This document shows, one piece after another, positions 8,906 through 17,968 of a stretch of 55,223 nt of DNA. The notes under the pieces were generated by a model. That model did no database searches and had not been told where the DNA came from. It saw nothing but the letters and a program-made list of their open reading frames with translations. Both the position numbers and the translations under genes were made by a program. Numbering within the stretch: position 1 is the first letter of the stretch; each line of letters opens with the position of its first letter. The DNA is taken from positions 1-55,223 of the forward strand of contig JACUTX010000001.1 of the NCBI GenBank assembly GCA_014859615.1, given 5' to 3'. This stretch comes from Desulfuromonadales bacterium (GTDB lineage Bacteria; Desulfobacterota; Desulfuromonadia; Desulfuromonadales; UBA2294).

Positions 8906-9481
8906 GTGATGAGATCAGCGCGATTAATACAGGTTTTACTCCCTCTTTTTTTGGTGATGCTGCTGTTTGGAGCCGGCTGTTCCGGTAAGCATGAGCTGGT
9001 AAAAGGGGCTCCCGACTGGGTCAACGAGGGGAGCGGAGCGTTCGAGAATGCAGGGGATAAAGTTTTTTACGGTGTCGGTTCGGTGACCGGAGTGCAAAGT
9101 TTGTCGTTGTCGCGCGAAACAGCTGAACAGCGGGCCCGGGCCGAAGTGGCCCGTCAGCTGCACAGCTATGTGACGTCTTTGTATCGTGACTATCAGGTCG
9201 CGACGGGGATCGGTCAGGGGAAAGCACCGCTCGAAGAGCAGCATATCGATGGTACATTGAAAAATCTTTCGCAAGTGACGGTGCGTGGCGCCAAGGTGAT
9301 CGAGTTCTGGCGTGAGCCAAAGACCGATACGCTCTATGCGCTGGCACGTACCGACCTGACCGCAATGAAGAGCGCCATCGCCGAGATGCGCGAGGTCGAT
9401 CCACAATTTCGAGATTATGTGAATCTGCACGCCGAAGAGGCGTTTACAAATCTTGATCAACAGGCGAAGGAGGTTCGGTAA
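8906..9481 (+). CDS. LPP20-family lipoprotein
   Basis: 191 aa. Signal peptide with Cys (LLFGAGC). GAPDWVN..FYGVGS..SLSLSRETAEQRARAEVARQL fits the LPP20 pattern (PDW.., a.G.g, then a helix rich in A/R/A). The start could instead be ATG 8909. Confidence 0.7.
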   Translation: MMRSARLIQVLLPLFLVMLLFGAGCSGKHELVKGAPDWVNEGSGAFENAGDKVFYGVGSVTGVQSLSLSRETAEQRARAEVARQLHSYVTSLYRDYQVATGIGQGKAPLEEQHIDGTLKNLSQVTVRGAKVIEFWREPKTDTLYALARTDLTAMKSAIAEMREVDPQFRDYVNLHAEEAFTNLDQQAKEVR

Positions 9482-10080
9482 TGCGTGAAAAGACGGGGTG
9501 GCTGCTGGCGCTGATGCTGGTTCTATTGTTGGTCAGCTGCAGTACCAAGGTTGAGCGGATGGAGACCGGTGAGGTGAAGGATCTCTCCGGGCGCTGGAAC
9601 GATTCTGATAGTCAGATGGTCTCCGAGGCGATGGTTCAGGACGCACTGAATCGCCCCTGGCTCCCGGAGTTCACGGCCCGTTTCGGCAAGAAACCGGATG
9701 TTATTGTCGGCACGATCCGCAACCGTTCATCGGAGCATATTGCGACCGAGGTGTTTGTGAAAGATCTTGAGCGGGCTCTGATCAATTCCGGACGGGCAAA
9801 TTTTGTCGCCTCTTCTGAGGAGCGGGGAGGGGTTCGAGCCGAGCGCCTCGATCAGGATCTGAATGCCGCGCCGGAAACACGCAAAGCGCCCGGCATGGAG
9901 GCGGGTGCGGATTTCATGTTGATCGGCGCCATTAACTCAATCATCGATCAGGAAAAAGGGAAAAAGGTGGTCTTCTACCAGGTCGATCTGGAGTTGGTCG
10001 ATATGCGCAACAATCGCAAAGTATGGCTCGGCACGAAAAAAATAAAGAAATTTGTCAGTCGCAGCAGTTTTGGTTTTTAG
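9481..10080 (+). CDS. LpoB-like (COG3417) lipoprotein
   Basis: 199 aa. Lipobox LLVSC. WNDSDSQMVSEAMVQDAL..KPDVIVGTIRNRSSEHI..LERALINSGRANFV..ADFMLIGAINSI..YQVDLELVDMRNNRKVW matches the LpoB/YcfM family pattern. Its start overlaps the upstream stop (TAATG). Confidence 0.7.
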   Translation: MREKTGWLLALMLVLLLVSCSTKVERMETGEVKDLSGRWNDSDSQMVSEAMVQDALNRPWLPEFTARFGKKPDVIVGTIRNRSSEHIATEVFVKDLERALINSGRANFVASSEERGGVRAERLDQDLNAAPETRKAPGMEAGADFMLIGAINSIIDQEKGKKVVFYQVDLELVDMRNNRKVWLGTKKIKKFVSRSSFGF

Positions 10081-10118
10081 AGCTGTAAATGGTTCTTCCG
10101 TGCTCTCTATCTCACTGT

Positions 10119-11375
10119 ATGCGGACGTTACTTCTCTTGTCGGTATCGGTCTGGTTGCTGGTCGGCTGTGCCGGGACGCGTTCGATTCAGGAGAAGGTCT
10201 ACAGTTTGAGCCGGAGTGGAAAAACGGCCTCCGCCGTTGAATATCTCGATGCATCAAATCTGGCAGAGAGTCGTACCGATCGGCTCCTCTATCTAATGGA
10301 ACGCGGCACTCTGTTGCAGAGGCAGGGAGAGTATCGGGAGAGCAACGCCACTTTTGAAGAGGCGGACCGCTTGTCGGAGGAGCTGTATACCAAAAGTATT
10401 TCGGCTGGTGCCTTAAGCTTTTTGGTGAATGAAGGGGTGGTCGCCTACACCGGTGCCGATTATGAATCGGTCTATCTCAACTATTACAAGCTCCTTAACT
10501 ATCTGGCTCTCGGCAATCTTGAAGCGGCTGGAGTTGAAGCGCGGCGTGTTGATGAGAAGCTGCGTTATTTCAGCGACCGGTATGAGGAAAAGACGGTCTT
10601 TCGTGAAGACCCCTTTTTACGGATGTTGACCGGTCTGATCTATCACGCACAAAGGGATTTCAATAACGCCTTTATCGCCTATCGCCTTGCCTGGAACGGC
10701 TTTCTGCTCAACCGGGATATTTACCGGGTGCCGCCGCCGCAGATTCTCTGGTCGCTGTTGGTCACGACCGCCGAAAGCGCATCACTGTTGCGCGAAGCGG
10801 ACGAGTTTCGCGCTATGGCTGCAGCGCGCGGCATCGCATTGCAGCGGCTGGACACGTTTGCCGTGGTGCTGGTCAATAATGGCAGAATTCCGGTCAAACA
10901 GGAGCGGATGGCGCTTTTTCCGTCGGGTCACGGTTTCCCCGTCAAGATAGCCTTGCCAGCTTTTGTCTCCAGAGATGGTGGGGCGACGACGGTGACAGCG
11001 ATCGTTGATGGTCAGCGGTATCAGGCCGAGTTGGTCGAAAATCTGGAGGCGATTGCCTCCAAGAGTCTCGATGACGAAATTGGCCGGGTTCTGGTCAAGG
11101 CGATTGCCCGGGCGGTGGCCAAAGAGGCAACGGCTCGTCAGCTCGATAACAAAGCGAACGGTTCAGCCGGTCTGCTGCTCAGGGTTGTGAATCTGATGAC
11201 CGAACATGCTGATCTGCGCAGCTGGGTCGGTCTGCCGCGCGAGATTAAAATGCTGGTTGCGCCGGTTGCGACCGGAACAGCACAAATCGATCTTGAACAG
11301 GACGGTCGACCGCTGAATCTAAAGCTGGTTCTGCCGGCCACCCCGGTCGGTTTCGGTTTTGTCCAATTTTTTTAA
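10119..11375 (+). CDS. Large lipoprotein, COG3014-like, with TPR-like N-terminal region
   Basis: The internal ATG at 10119 was chosen over the track start 10089 because it gives a clean signal peptide and lipobox (MRTLLLLSVSVWLLVGC). About 418 aa. The family call is tentative. Confidence 0.6.
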   Translation: MRTLLLLSVSVWLLVGCAGTRSIQEKVYSLSRSGKTASAVEYLDASNLAESRTDRLLYLMERGTLLQRQGEYRESNATFEEADRLSEELYTKSISAGALSFLVNEGVVAYTGADYESVYLNYYKLLNYLALGNLEAAGVEARRVDEKLRYFSDRYEEKTVFREDPFLRMLTGLIYHAQRDFNNAFIAYRLAWNGFLLNRDIYRVPPPQILWSLLVTTAESASLLREADEFRAMAAARGIALQRLDTFAVVLVNNGRIPVKQERMALFPSGHGFPVKIALPAFVSRDGGATTVTAIVDGQRYQAELVENLEAIASKSLDDEIGRVLVKAIARAVAKEATARQLDNKANGSAGLLLRVVNLMTEHADLRSWVGLPREIKMLVAPVATGTAQIDLEQDGRPLNLKLVLPATPVGFGFVQFF

Positions 11376-11400
11376 GTGCGATAAAAGAGGAGCTATCGTT

Positions 11401-12396
11401 ATGAAAAATGGATCGATTCTATTTATTCTGCTGCTGCTGGTCGGCTGCGCGCCGACCATCCCCGATTGGGTCGACGGTCATAGCAACCTTTATCCCGCGG
11501 ATCAGTATCTGGTCGGGGTCGGTCACGCTCAAAAGCGCAGTGACGCCGAGGATCGGGCTCGCGCAGCGATTGCCAAAATATTCGCTGTTCAGGTGGAGTC
11601 GCGGCAGAGCAGTTCTGAGGAGTTCTGGATGTCCCGGGTCGGTGCAGCCGAAAGTAAAGATTATCGACAGAATCTGCAATCAGACCTGGTGACTCGCACC
11701 GATCGACTGTTGACAGGGAGTCGCATCGCCGAAGTCTGGAGAGGGAAGGATAACGGCCTTTATGCTCTGGCGGTTCTCGACCGGATGCAGGCGGCGCGAC
11801 CGCTGAAACAGCAGTTAAACGAGATTGATCTGTCTGTTGAAGCAGAGGTTAAAAAGGGTGATCAGAGTGAGCATGTTATTGAGCAGCTTGGGCATCTTTT
11901 AAAAGCGATGCAACTTCTTTCCAGCCGCGGTCTGCTGGCTGCGGATCTGGCTATTCTGATGCCGACCGGTTATGTTTCTGCCGCACCGTACAGCAGCGCG
12001 CAGCTCGCCGAACGTGCCGATCGGCTCGCTGCGATGATTCGTCTCGGACTACAGATTTCCGGCGACGAACAGGGGATCGTTGAAGGAGCAATGATCAGCG
12101 CTCTGAGCAAGATCGGCATCAAAATAACGGATAAAACCGAGGTGGAGATGATTCTCTCCACCAGAGTGACGATTGACGAATATAAGGCGAACGACCCCTG
12201 GTATTGGGCTATCGCTGCGGCACAAACGACCTTCGTGCTTCCGGATGGCCGTCCCCTCGATTCCCTGCGCACCACGATTCGCGAGGGTTCGCGAATTGAT
12301 GGACGGGCGCGGATTCTGGCCCTTGAAAAGGTGGGTCAGGCTCTGGCCGATGCGGTCGTTGACCGGATCGTCAATCTCGGGATGTTTGGAGGGTGA
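11401..12396 (+). CDS. LPP20-domain lipoprotein (long form)
   Basis: ATG 11401 gives MKNGSILFILLLLVGCAPTIPDWVDG..YLVGVGHAQKRSDAEDRARAAIAKIFAV, the same signal/lipobox plus PDW..GvG..A..A pattern as the 8906 gene, followed by an extra region of about 230 aa. Confidence 0.65.
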   Translation: MKNGSILFILLLLVGCAPTIPDWVDGHSNLYPADQYLVGVGHAQKRSDAEDRARAAIAKIFAVQVESRQSSSEEFWMSRVGAAESKDYRQNLQSDLVTRTDRLLTGSRIAEVWRGKDNGLYALAVLDRMQAARPLKQQLNEIDLSVEAEVKKGDQSEHVIEQLGHLLKAMQLLSSRGLLAADLAILMPTGYVSAAPYSSAQLAERADRLAAMIRLGLQISGDEQGIVEGAMISALSKIGIKITDKTEVEMILSTRVTIDEYKANDPWYWAIAAAQTTFVLPDGRPLDSLRTTIREGSRIDGRARILALEKVGQALADAVVDRIVNLGMFGG

Positions 12397-12463
12397 GGGG
12401 CGTTTTTGTATTGAGCGAAAATGATGACGCGGCGCGTTGCCGAAGTTAAATCCAGAATTTAAT

Positions 12464-13672
12464 ATGAAAACAGCTTCGATAATCAGCAGCAAACCGGCAG
12501 AGAGAGAATGGGGGGCGTTCAGGGTTCTGATCGGCGGTATCCTCGGGATGGTTGTTGCCATGGGGATCGGGCGCTTCGTCTTTACGCCGATCCTGCCGTT
12601 GATGCAGCGCGATCTCGGCATGACCCATACTCTGGCAGGGTGGCTCGCCGGGTTGAATTATCTCGGCTACCTGGCGGGTGCTCTGCTCTGCTCTTTCGCG
12701 CCACAACTGCTGCGTCGCCGGTTGATAACCGGCGGCGCCTTGTTCGCAAGTTTAGCGACAACCGTGCTGATGGGTTTTACCGCTTCAGCTGTCTGGTGGG
12801 GGGGGCTGCGTCTGGTCGGTGGTGCTGCCAGTGCTATCCTTTTTATCGTCATTGCGGCCGAGGTGGCCGAGGCGCTCGGGCGGCGGGGGTATAGTCACTG
12901 GGTCGGCGCACTCTATGGAGGGGTCGGCTTCGGTATCGCTCTGAGCGGGATTGTTGTCCCGCAATTGGATAAGGCCTTCAGCTGGGATGGTGCCTGGATC
13001 GGCATGGGGGTTATTGCCGTAAGCCTGGTCATCGCCGGTGTCACGATTGGCCGAAAGAGGGAGTTGATTCAGCCGGTCAATATCACTCTGCCGAATCAAA
13101 GCGGCGGATTGCACAGCATCTGGTTACTCGTCGTCGCCTATTTTTTTGAGGGGCTCGGTTATGTCGTCACTGCCACCTTTATTGTCGCCATCATCACCGT
13201 AACCCCGGGACTTGCGGGTTTTGCCGCGTACAGCTGGGTTGCCGTCGGTCTTGCCGCGATCCCTTCAACGCTTGTCTGGCCTCTTTTGTCCCGTCGTTTT
13301 GGTGGCAAGCGAGCTCTTATGGCGGCCTATGCCCTTCAGGCGACCGGAATTATGGTCAGTATAAAGGCCGATTCATTGTTTGAGGTGTTATTTGTCGCGG
13401 TCTCTTTCGGTGGGACCTTTCTCGGCATCGTCGCCATGACTCTGTCTGAGGGAAACCGGCGGATGCAGGGAGACGGGAGACGAGCTGCTGCGATTCTGAC
13501 CGCCAGTTTCGGTGTCGGGCAGATGCTCGGGCCGGTAATCGCCGGTCGACTGGCCGATCTGCAGGCGGGGTTTTCTATCCCGCTGCTGTTGGCTGGAGTC
13601 TCTGTTCTTCTGGGGGGGGTGTTGACGGCTCTCGATCGCCGGTTTCAGACCGGTCGATTCGATGCGCTGTAA
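12464..13672 (+). CDS. YbfB/YjiJ-family MFS transporter
   Basis: About 402 aa, 12 predicted TM helices. GIGRFVFTPILPLMQRDLGMT..AGWLAGLNYLGYLAGAL is the hallmark N-terminal motif of the YbfB/YjiJ (DUF1228) MFS group. The start is uncertain (TTG 12437 or ATG 12464). Confidence 0.75.
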   Translation: MKTASIISSKPAEREWGAFRVLIGGILGMVVAMGIGRFVFTPILPLMQRDLGMTHTLAGWLAGLNYLGYLAGALLCSFAPQLLRRRLITGGALFASLATTVLMGFTASAVWWGGLRLVGGAASAILFIVIAAEVAEALGRRGYSHWVGALYGGVGFGIALSGIVVPQLDKAFSWDGAWIGMGVIAVSLVIAGVTIGRKRELIQPVNITLPNQSGGLHSIWLLVVAYFFEGLGYVVTATFIVAIITVTPGLAGFAAYSWVAVGLAAIPSTLVWPLLSRRFGGKRALMAAYALQATGIMVSIKADSLFEVLFVAVSFGGTFLGIVAMTLSEGNRRMQGDGRRAAAILTASFGVGQMLGPVIAGRLADLQAGFSIPLLLAGVSVLLGGVLTALDRRFQTGRFDAL

Positions 13673-13806
13673 ACAGTGATCCTCTATTTAATCTCGCGGG
13701 AAACTAAAGATTTTGTTAAAGTCTTTCCCAACTTGGAGAGCAAAAAAGACGGGGCTCGGATCGAGCCATTTTGATCCCTTGAACACTCTTTATCAGGTTA
13801 AAGAAT

Positions 13807-15900
13807 ATGATCGGTCTGCATAAAAATAAACGGATGAAGAAGGAACTCAGACTCCTTGACGTCTACGCTATAGCGACGGGCGCGACTTTGAGCGCCGGGT
13901 TCTTTCTCCTGCCGGGTATCGCTGCTGTGGAGGCAGGGCCGGCGTTGGTGCTTGCCTACGCACTGGCCGCCATCCCGCTGATTCCTGCGATATTCAGTGT
14001 TATTGAGCTGGCGACCGCCATGCCGAGGGCCGGTGGTGCCTACTACTTTCTCGACCGGGCTCTCGGCCCAATGATGGGGACCATCGGCGGTATCGGGACC
14101 TGGTTGGCACTCCTTCTTACCGTCGCATTTGCTCTGATCGGGATGGGTGCGTATATCGCACTCTTCATCCCGGATTTGCAAATTGTACCGGTCGCTATCG
14201 GGGTCGCTCTGTTGATCGGGGGGGTTAATCTGGTCGGGACGAAAAAGAGCGGCAGTCTCCAGGTTTTTCTGGTCTTCGTGTTGCTGGCGATTCTGGCCAT
14301 TTTTTTCTCCGGCGGAGTTTTTGCCTTCCAACCGACCCATTTCGAAAATTTTTTTGCGGCCGGGTTCGATTCGATTGCCGCGACCGCCGGGCTGGTTTAT
14401 TTCAGCTATGCTGGCGTAACCAAGGTCACCAGCCTGTCGGAAGAGGTGAAGGATCCGGAGCGCAACCTCTCCAGAGGGATCATGCTGGCTCTTGTGACTT
14501 CACTTTTGATTTATATCCTTGGAACGACAATTATCGTCGGCCTGGTGCCGATGGATGAATTGCAGGGGAATCTGACTCCGGTCGCGACCGCCGCTGAATA
14601 CGCGCTGGGTCGTACCGGCGTCATTCTCCTCTCCCTGGCGGCTCTGCTCGCTTTTGTCTCGGTCTCCAATGCCGGGCTGATGAGCGCTTCGCGCTATCCA
14701 CTGGCGATGAGCCGTGACCACCTGCTGCCACGGATTTTCAGGAAAGTGGGGAGGTTTGGTACGCCGACGACTTCCATTCTGCTGACCCTGACAACCATCA
14801 TTCTGATCTTGATTCTGTTCGACCCGATGCGTATTGCCAAGCTGGCCAGTGCTTTCCAATTACTGATGTTCGCTCTGGTCTGTTTTGCCGTCATCGTGAT
14901 GCGAGAGAGTCAAATCACCTCCTACGACCCCGGATATAAATCGCCATTCTATCCATGGATGCAGATCGCGGGGATTGTCTCGCCCATTTACCTGATTTTT
15001 GAAATGGGGACGCTTTCGATTGTTTTTTCCATAGGCCTGATTCTCGTATCGGCGCTCTGGTTCTTTTACTACGGTCGGCGGCGTGTTTCCAGGACAGGCG
15101 CCATCTATCATGTGTTTGAGCGACTGGGGCGGAAAAGATATCACGATCTTGACACGGAATTGCGCGGGATATTACGCGAAAAAGGGTTGCGCAAAGAAGA
15201 TCCTTTTGATGAAATTGTTTCCAGAAGTCTGGTCTTTGATCTTGAAGGTGAGGCTCCGTTTGAAGACGTGGTCAAGCTGTTCGCCTGTGAAATATCGAGC
15301 CGGATCCATTTATCGACTGATGAAATCATCAAACAGATGATGGAAGGGACCAGGCTCGGGGCGACACCGGTGACCCGTGGCGTTGCTCTCCCGCATTTTC
15401 GCACCGACCAGATTGAACAGGTGGAGATGGCTCTGGTTCGCGCCCGCCAGGGGGTCTACATGCCGATCTACAATCCCCTGACTTATGAGGAGGAGGCAGA
15501 GGTCAGAGTTCAGACAATTTTCTTTCTGGTCAGTCCCGCCAATAATCCGACTCAACATTTGCGGCTGCTGGCCCGCATTGCAGAACGGGTGGATGAGGAT
15601 GGCTTTGCCGTCGAGTGGGACCGGGCAAAGAATGAAGAGGAGCTGCGCGAATCGTTGTTGCAGGATGAGCACTTTATGACTCTGCTGATCAAGGCTGACA
15701 AGTCGAGCGGGAGCATGATTAATCAGCCGCTGAGCGCTGTCGGGATTCCCAAAGGGTGTTTGGTGGCGATGTTGTCGAGGGATGGGCAATCTTTTGTACC
15801 GAACGGCCAGACGATTTTAAAGGCAGGTGACAGTCTGACTATTATCGGCGAAGCCAAAGGGCTGCTCGGCCTGCGCGGAACGTATCAGAAAAATGAATGA
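13807..15900 (+). CDS. APC-family amino-acid permease fused to EIIA(Ntr)-like (PTS_EIIA_2) and TrkA_C/RCK_C domains
   Basis: 697 aa. The N-terminal ~440 aa are polytopic with APC motifs (LLDVYAIATGATLSAGFFLLPG..ELATAMPRAGGAYYF). The cytoplasmic tail has GVALPHFR..FFLVSPANNPTQHLRLLARIAERV (EIIA type-2 pattern, His530 at nt 15394-15396). It ends with IPKGCLVAMLSRDGQSFVPNGQTILKAGDSLTIIGE (RCK_C pattern). Confidence 0.8.
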   Translation: MIGLHKNKRMKKELRLLDVYAIATGATLSAGFFLLPGIAAVEAGPALVLAYALAAIPLIPAIFSVIELATAMPRAGGAYYFLDRALGPMMGTIGGIGTWLALLLTVAFALIGMGAYIALFIPDLQIVPVAIGVALLIGGVNLVGTKKSGSLQVFLVFVLLAILAIFFSGGVFAFQPTHFENFFAAGFDSIAATAGLVYFSYAGVTKVTSLSEEVKDPERNLSRGIMLALVTSLLIYILGTTIIVGLVPMDELQGNLTPVATAAEYALGRTGVILLSLAALLAFVSVSNAGLMSASRYPLAMSRDHLLPRIFRKVGRFGTPTTSILLTLTTIILILILFDPMRIAKLASAFQLLMFALVCFAVIVMRESQITSYDPGYKSPFYPWMQIAGIVSPIYLIFEMGTLSIVFSIGLILVSALWFFYYGRRRVSRTGAIYHVFERLGRKRYHDLDTELRGILREKGLRKEDPFDEIVSRSLVFDLEGEAPFEDVVKLFACEISSRIHLSTDEIIKQMMEGTRLGATPVTRGVALPHFRTDQIEQVEMALVRARQGVYMPIYNPLTYEEEAEVRVQTIFFLVSPANNPTQHLRLLARIAERVDEDGFAVEWDRAKNEEELRESLLQDEHFMTLLIKADKSSGSMINQPLSAVGIPKGCLVAMLSRDGQSFVPNGQTILKAGDSLTIIGEAKGLLGLRGTYQKNE

Positions 15901-15949
15901 TCATCTTTCATTCACTTCGAGTGAATCTAAACAGGGCTTTTCAGACAGA

Positions 15950-15995
15950 CAGAAGCAGAGTTCGCCCGTGAGCGGTCTCTGCTTCTGAATTTTTA
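15950..15995 (+). terminator. Rho-independent terminator after the permease gene
   Basis: 11-bp perfect stem CAGAAGCAGAG/CTCTGCTTCTG and a 16-nt loop, followed by AATTTTTA. It lies between convergent genes. Confidence 0.75.
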
Positions 15996-16013
15996 CCTAT
16001 CTTCTGTGACGCA

Positions 16014-16190
16014 TTACGGGCCAAATGGCGAAGGGTCTCTGAGCGTAACCCCGGCGGTCATCTTTTTGATCAGCCCCTCATGTTGCTCTTTGGTCAGGTG
16101 CGTTCCACAGGTCTTGCAGATATAACCTGATTTTTCACCAGACTCCTTGACGGCCTCAGAAAAATGATCTTTAAAATCTTTGCGTCCCAT
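16014..16190 (-). CDS. Hypothetical 58-aa protein
   Basis: The internal ATG at 16190 is preceded by AAAGGAGCGGTT (GGAG RBS, 5-nt spacing). Product: MGRKDFKDHFSEAVKESGEKSGYICKTCGTHLTKEQHEGLIKKMTAGVTLRDPSPFGP. It has one CxxC motif. No family is recognised. Confidence 0.45.
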   Translation of the reverse strand: MGRKDFKDHFSEAVKESGEKSGYICKTCGTHLTKEQHEGLIKKMTAGVTLRDPSPFGP

Positions 16191-16631
16191 AACCGCTCCT
16201 TTCTTCTGTTTGCAACAAGTATCTGCAAATATCTGTATCACTTTCGCCTCTGTGCAGACCTTGACGTGCAAGCAGATATCTTTTGTTAAACAATAACATA
16301 GCTCAATTCCATGTCAAGCAGCTATCAATCGACATAGCAGACGGATCAATTTGAGAAGTTGGCGATCGGCAGAGACTCTCTTGTCAATTAGCTCAAGGAT
16401 GGCACACCCCTCAAATTCGATCTGGTTGCTGGTAAATCTCGTGATTGCACTCTTATCCCCTTTTTGTAGCAAGCTTAACGTTGACACCATCATAGATTCG
16501 GGGGAAACTTTGCTCATTACCAAAAACGAAGAAGAGTTGATGACTGAAACGATCCTGCTCACTTATCGCCTGGAGTCAAAACTGCTGCAAATTCTGGATC
16601 GAGCCGCTCTCCCGGACTTGTCTCGGGCGAA

Positions 16632-17765
16632 GTGACGATGAGCGGACTCTACCTGCATATTCCGTTCTGCCTGCGCAAGTGCCCATACTGTGATTTTTTT
16701 TCGGTCCCTCATCGTGGTACAGCGGTTTCTGATTATGTGCAATCGCTTGCAGTCGATCTGCAGCAATCGAAAAAGGATTGGTCCGGTCCGATTTCGACCC
16801 TGTTTTTCGGGGGGGGGACGCCGTCGCTGCTGGCGCCGGATGACGTGGCTCGTCTGCTTGATCTGATTGATCGGGAGTACCGGTTTGCAGATGATGCAGA
16901 AATTTCACTGGAGGCGAATCCCGGCACCCTCGATCTGCAGAAACTGGCCGGTTACCGCGCGGCCGGGATCAACCGCATATCGATCGGCCTGCAGAGTCTG
17001 GACGACAACCGACTGAAGCTGCTCGGCCGACTACACGATGTTGAGACCGGTCTAAAGGGAGTGCATGACGCACGCACCGCCGGTTTTGATAATGTCTCCT
17101 GTGATCTTATGTTCGCCGTTCCGGGACAGACTCCGGCGGATCTGGCTGCGGATCTTGATCGGCTTCTGGATCTGCAACCCGAGCATATTGCGGTTTATGG
17201 TCTGACGATTGAAGCCGGAACGTCGTTCGCCGAGCGCCAGGCGAACGGTGAACTCACTCTCCCGGAAGAGGACGAATATGTTGCCGCTTACCGGCTGCTG
17301 CACGAGCGTCTGAGCACTGCCGGATATGATCATTATGAAGTCTCCAACTTTGCTCGAACAGGGAAGCGGTGTCGACACAATCAGCGTTATTGGCAGCGTC
17401 TTTCGGTTCTCGGCGTCGGTGCCGGTGCCCACACTTTTTGCGCCGACGGCTGGGGGAGCCGATGGGCAATCCCGAACGATCTGGAGAATTACAGAGCCGA
17501 GCTGCAAGCCGGGTGCAATCCGGCCCGGTTGATCGAAAAATTTGATCGTCAGGGGGCGATGATTGAAACTCTTTACCTTGGTCTGCGTACCGCCGATGGT
17601 GTCGATGATGTTCTCTTTGCAAAACGTTTCGGTTGCTGCGTTGAGGAGGCTTTTGCGCAAGCGGTCAAACGCTGTCGACCGCAGTTGCAAAAGATCGATG
17701 GTCATTGGCGTTTTGACCTCGATGGCTGGTTGCTGTTCGATACCCTTATCCTGAATTTCTTTTAA
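16632..17765 (+). CDS. hemW: Radical SAM heme chaperone HemW (HemN-like, oxygen-independent coproporphyrinogen oxidase family)
   Basis: LYLHIPFCLRKCPYCDF is the CxxxCxxC radical-SAM motif. FFGGGTPS and a HemN_C-like tail are present. It occupies the position upstream of hrcA seen in many bacteria. The start is either GTG 16632 or ATG 16638. Confidence 0.85.
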   Translation: MTMSGLYLHIPFCLRKCPYCDFFSVPHRGTAVSDYVQSLAVDLQQSKKDWSGPISTLFFGGGTPSLLAPDDVARLLDLIDREYRFADDAEISLEANPGTLDLQKLAGYRAAGINRISIGLQSLDDNRLKLLGRLHDVETGLKGVHDARTAGFDNVSCDLMFAVPGQTPADLAADLDRLLDLQPEHIAVYGLTIEAGTSFAERQANGELTLPEEDEYVAAYRLLHERLSTAGYDHYEVSNFARTGKRCRHNQRYWQRLSVLGVGAGAHTFCADGWGSRWAIPNDLENYRAELQAGCNPARLIEKFDRQGAMIETLYLGLRTADGVDDVLFAKRFGCCVEEAFAQAVKRCRPQLQKIDGHWRFDLDGWLLFDTLILNFF

Positions 17766-17851
17766 GCTTTGCTCAGCTCCCCTGCCAGTCTTCAAAATTT
17801 TCTGGTTCAGTCTGCCATTGTTGTCGACACTATATTATCGCCGTGAAGCTC

Positions 17852-17880
17852 TTGACAAAGAGCTTGGCCGTTGTTATTTT
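17852..17880 (+). promoter_or_regulatory. Sigma70-type promoter of the hrcA-grpE-dnaK-dnaJ operon
   Basis: TTGACA (17852-17857), a 17-nt spacer, then TATTTT (17875-17880), with the CIRCE operator 8 nt downstream. Confidence 0.6.
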
Positions 17881-17888
17881 ATCGACTG

Positions 17889-17915
17889 TTAGCACTCCAG
17901 CAGGTTGAGTGCTAA
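17889..17915 (+). promoter_or_regulatory. CIRCE operator (HrcA binding site)
   Basis: TTAGCACTC-CAGCAGGTT-GAGTGCTAA is a perfect match to the CIRCE consensus TTAGCACTC-N9-GAGTGCTAA. Confidence 0.92.
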
Positions 17916-17968
17916 AAAAATCGCAAAAAACCGGGTTTTCCGGTGGACACGATTTGGGGTGCATGCGC

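Noticed and set aside
16314-16635. Two mutually exclusive small ORFs upstream of hemW. One is on the - strand (82 aa, 16314-16562). The other is on the + strand (94 aa, 16351-16635), and its TGA overlaps the GTG of hemW (GTGA).
   Set aside because: Neither has a recognisable family, a convincing RBS at its longest start, or a decisive codon pattern by eye. I could not decide between them, so neither is listed as a feature. Conservation analysis or Ribo-seq would settle it.
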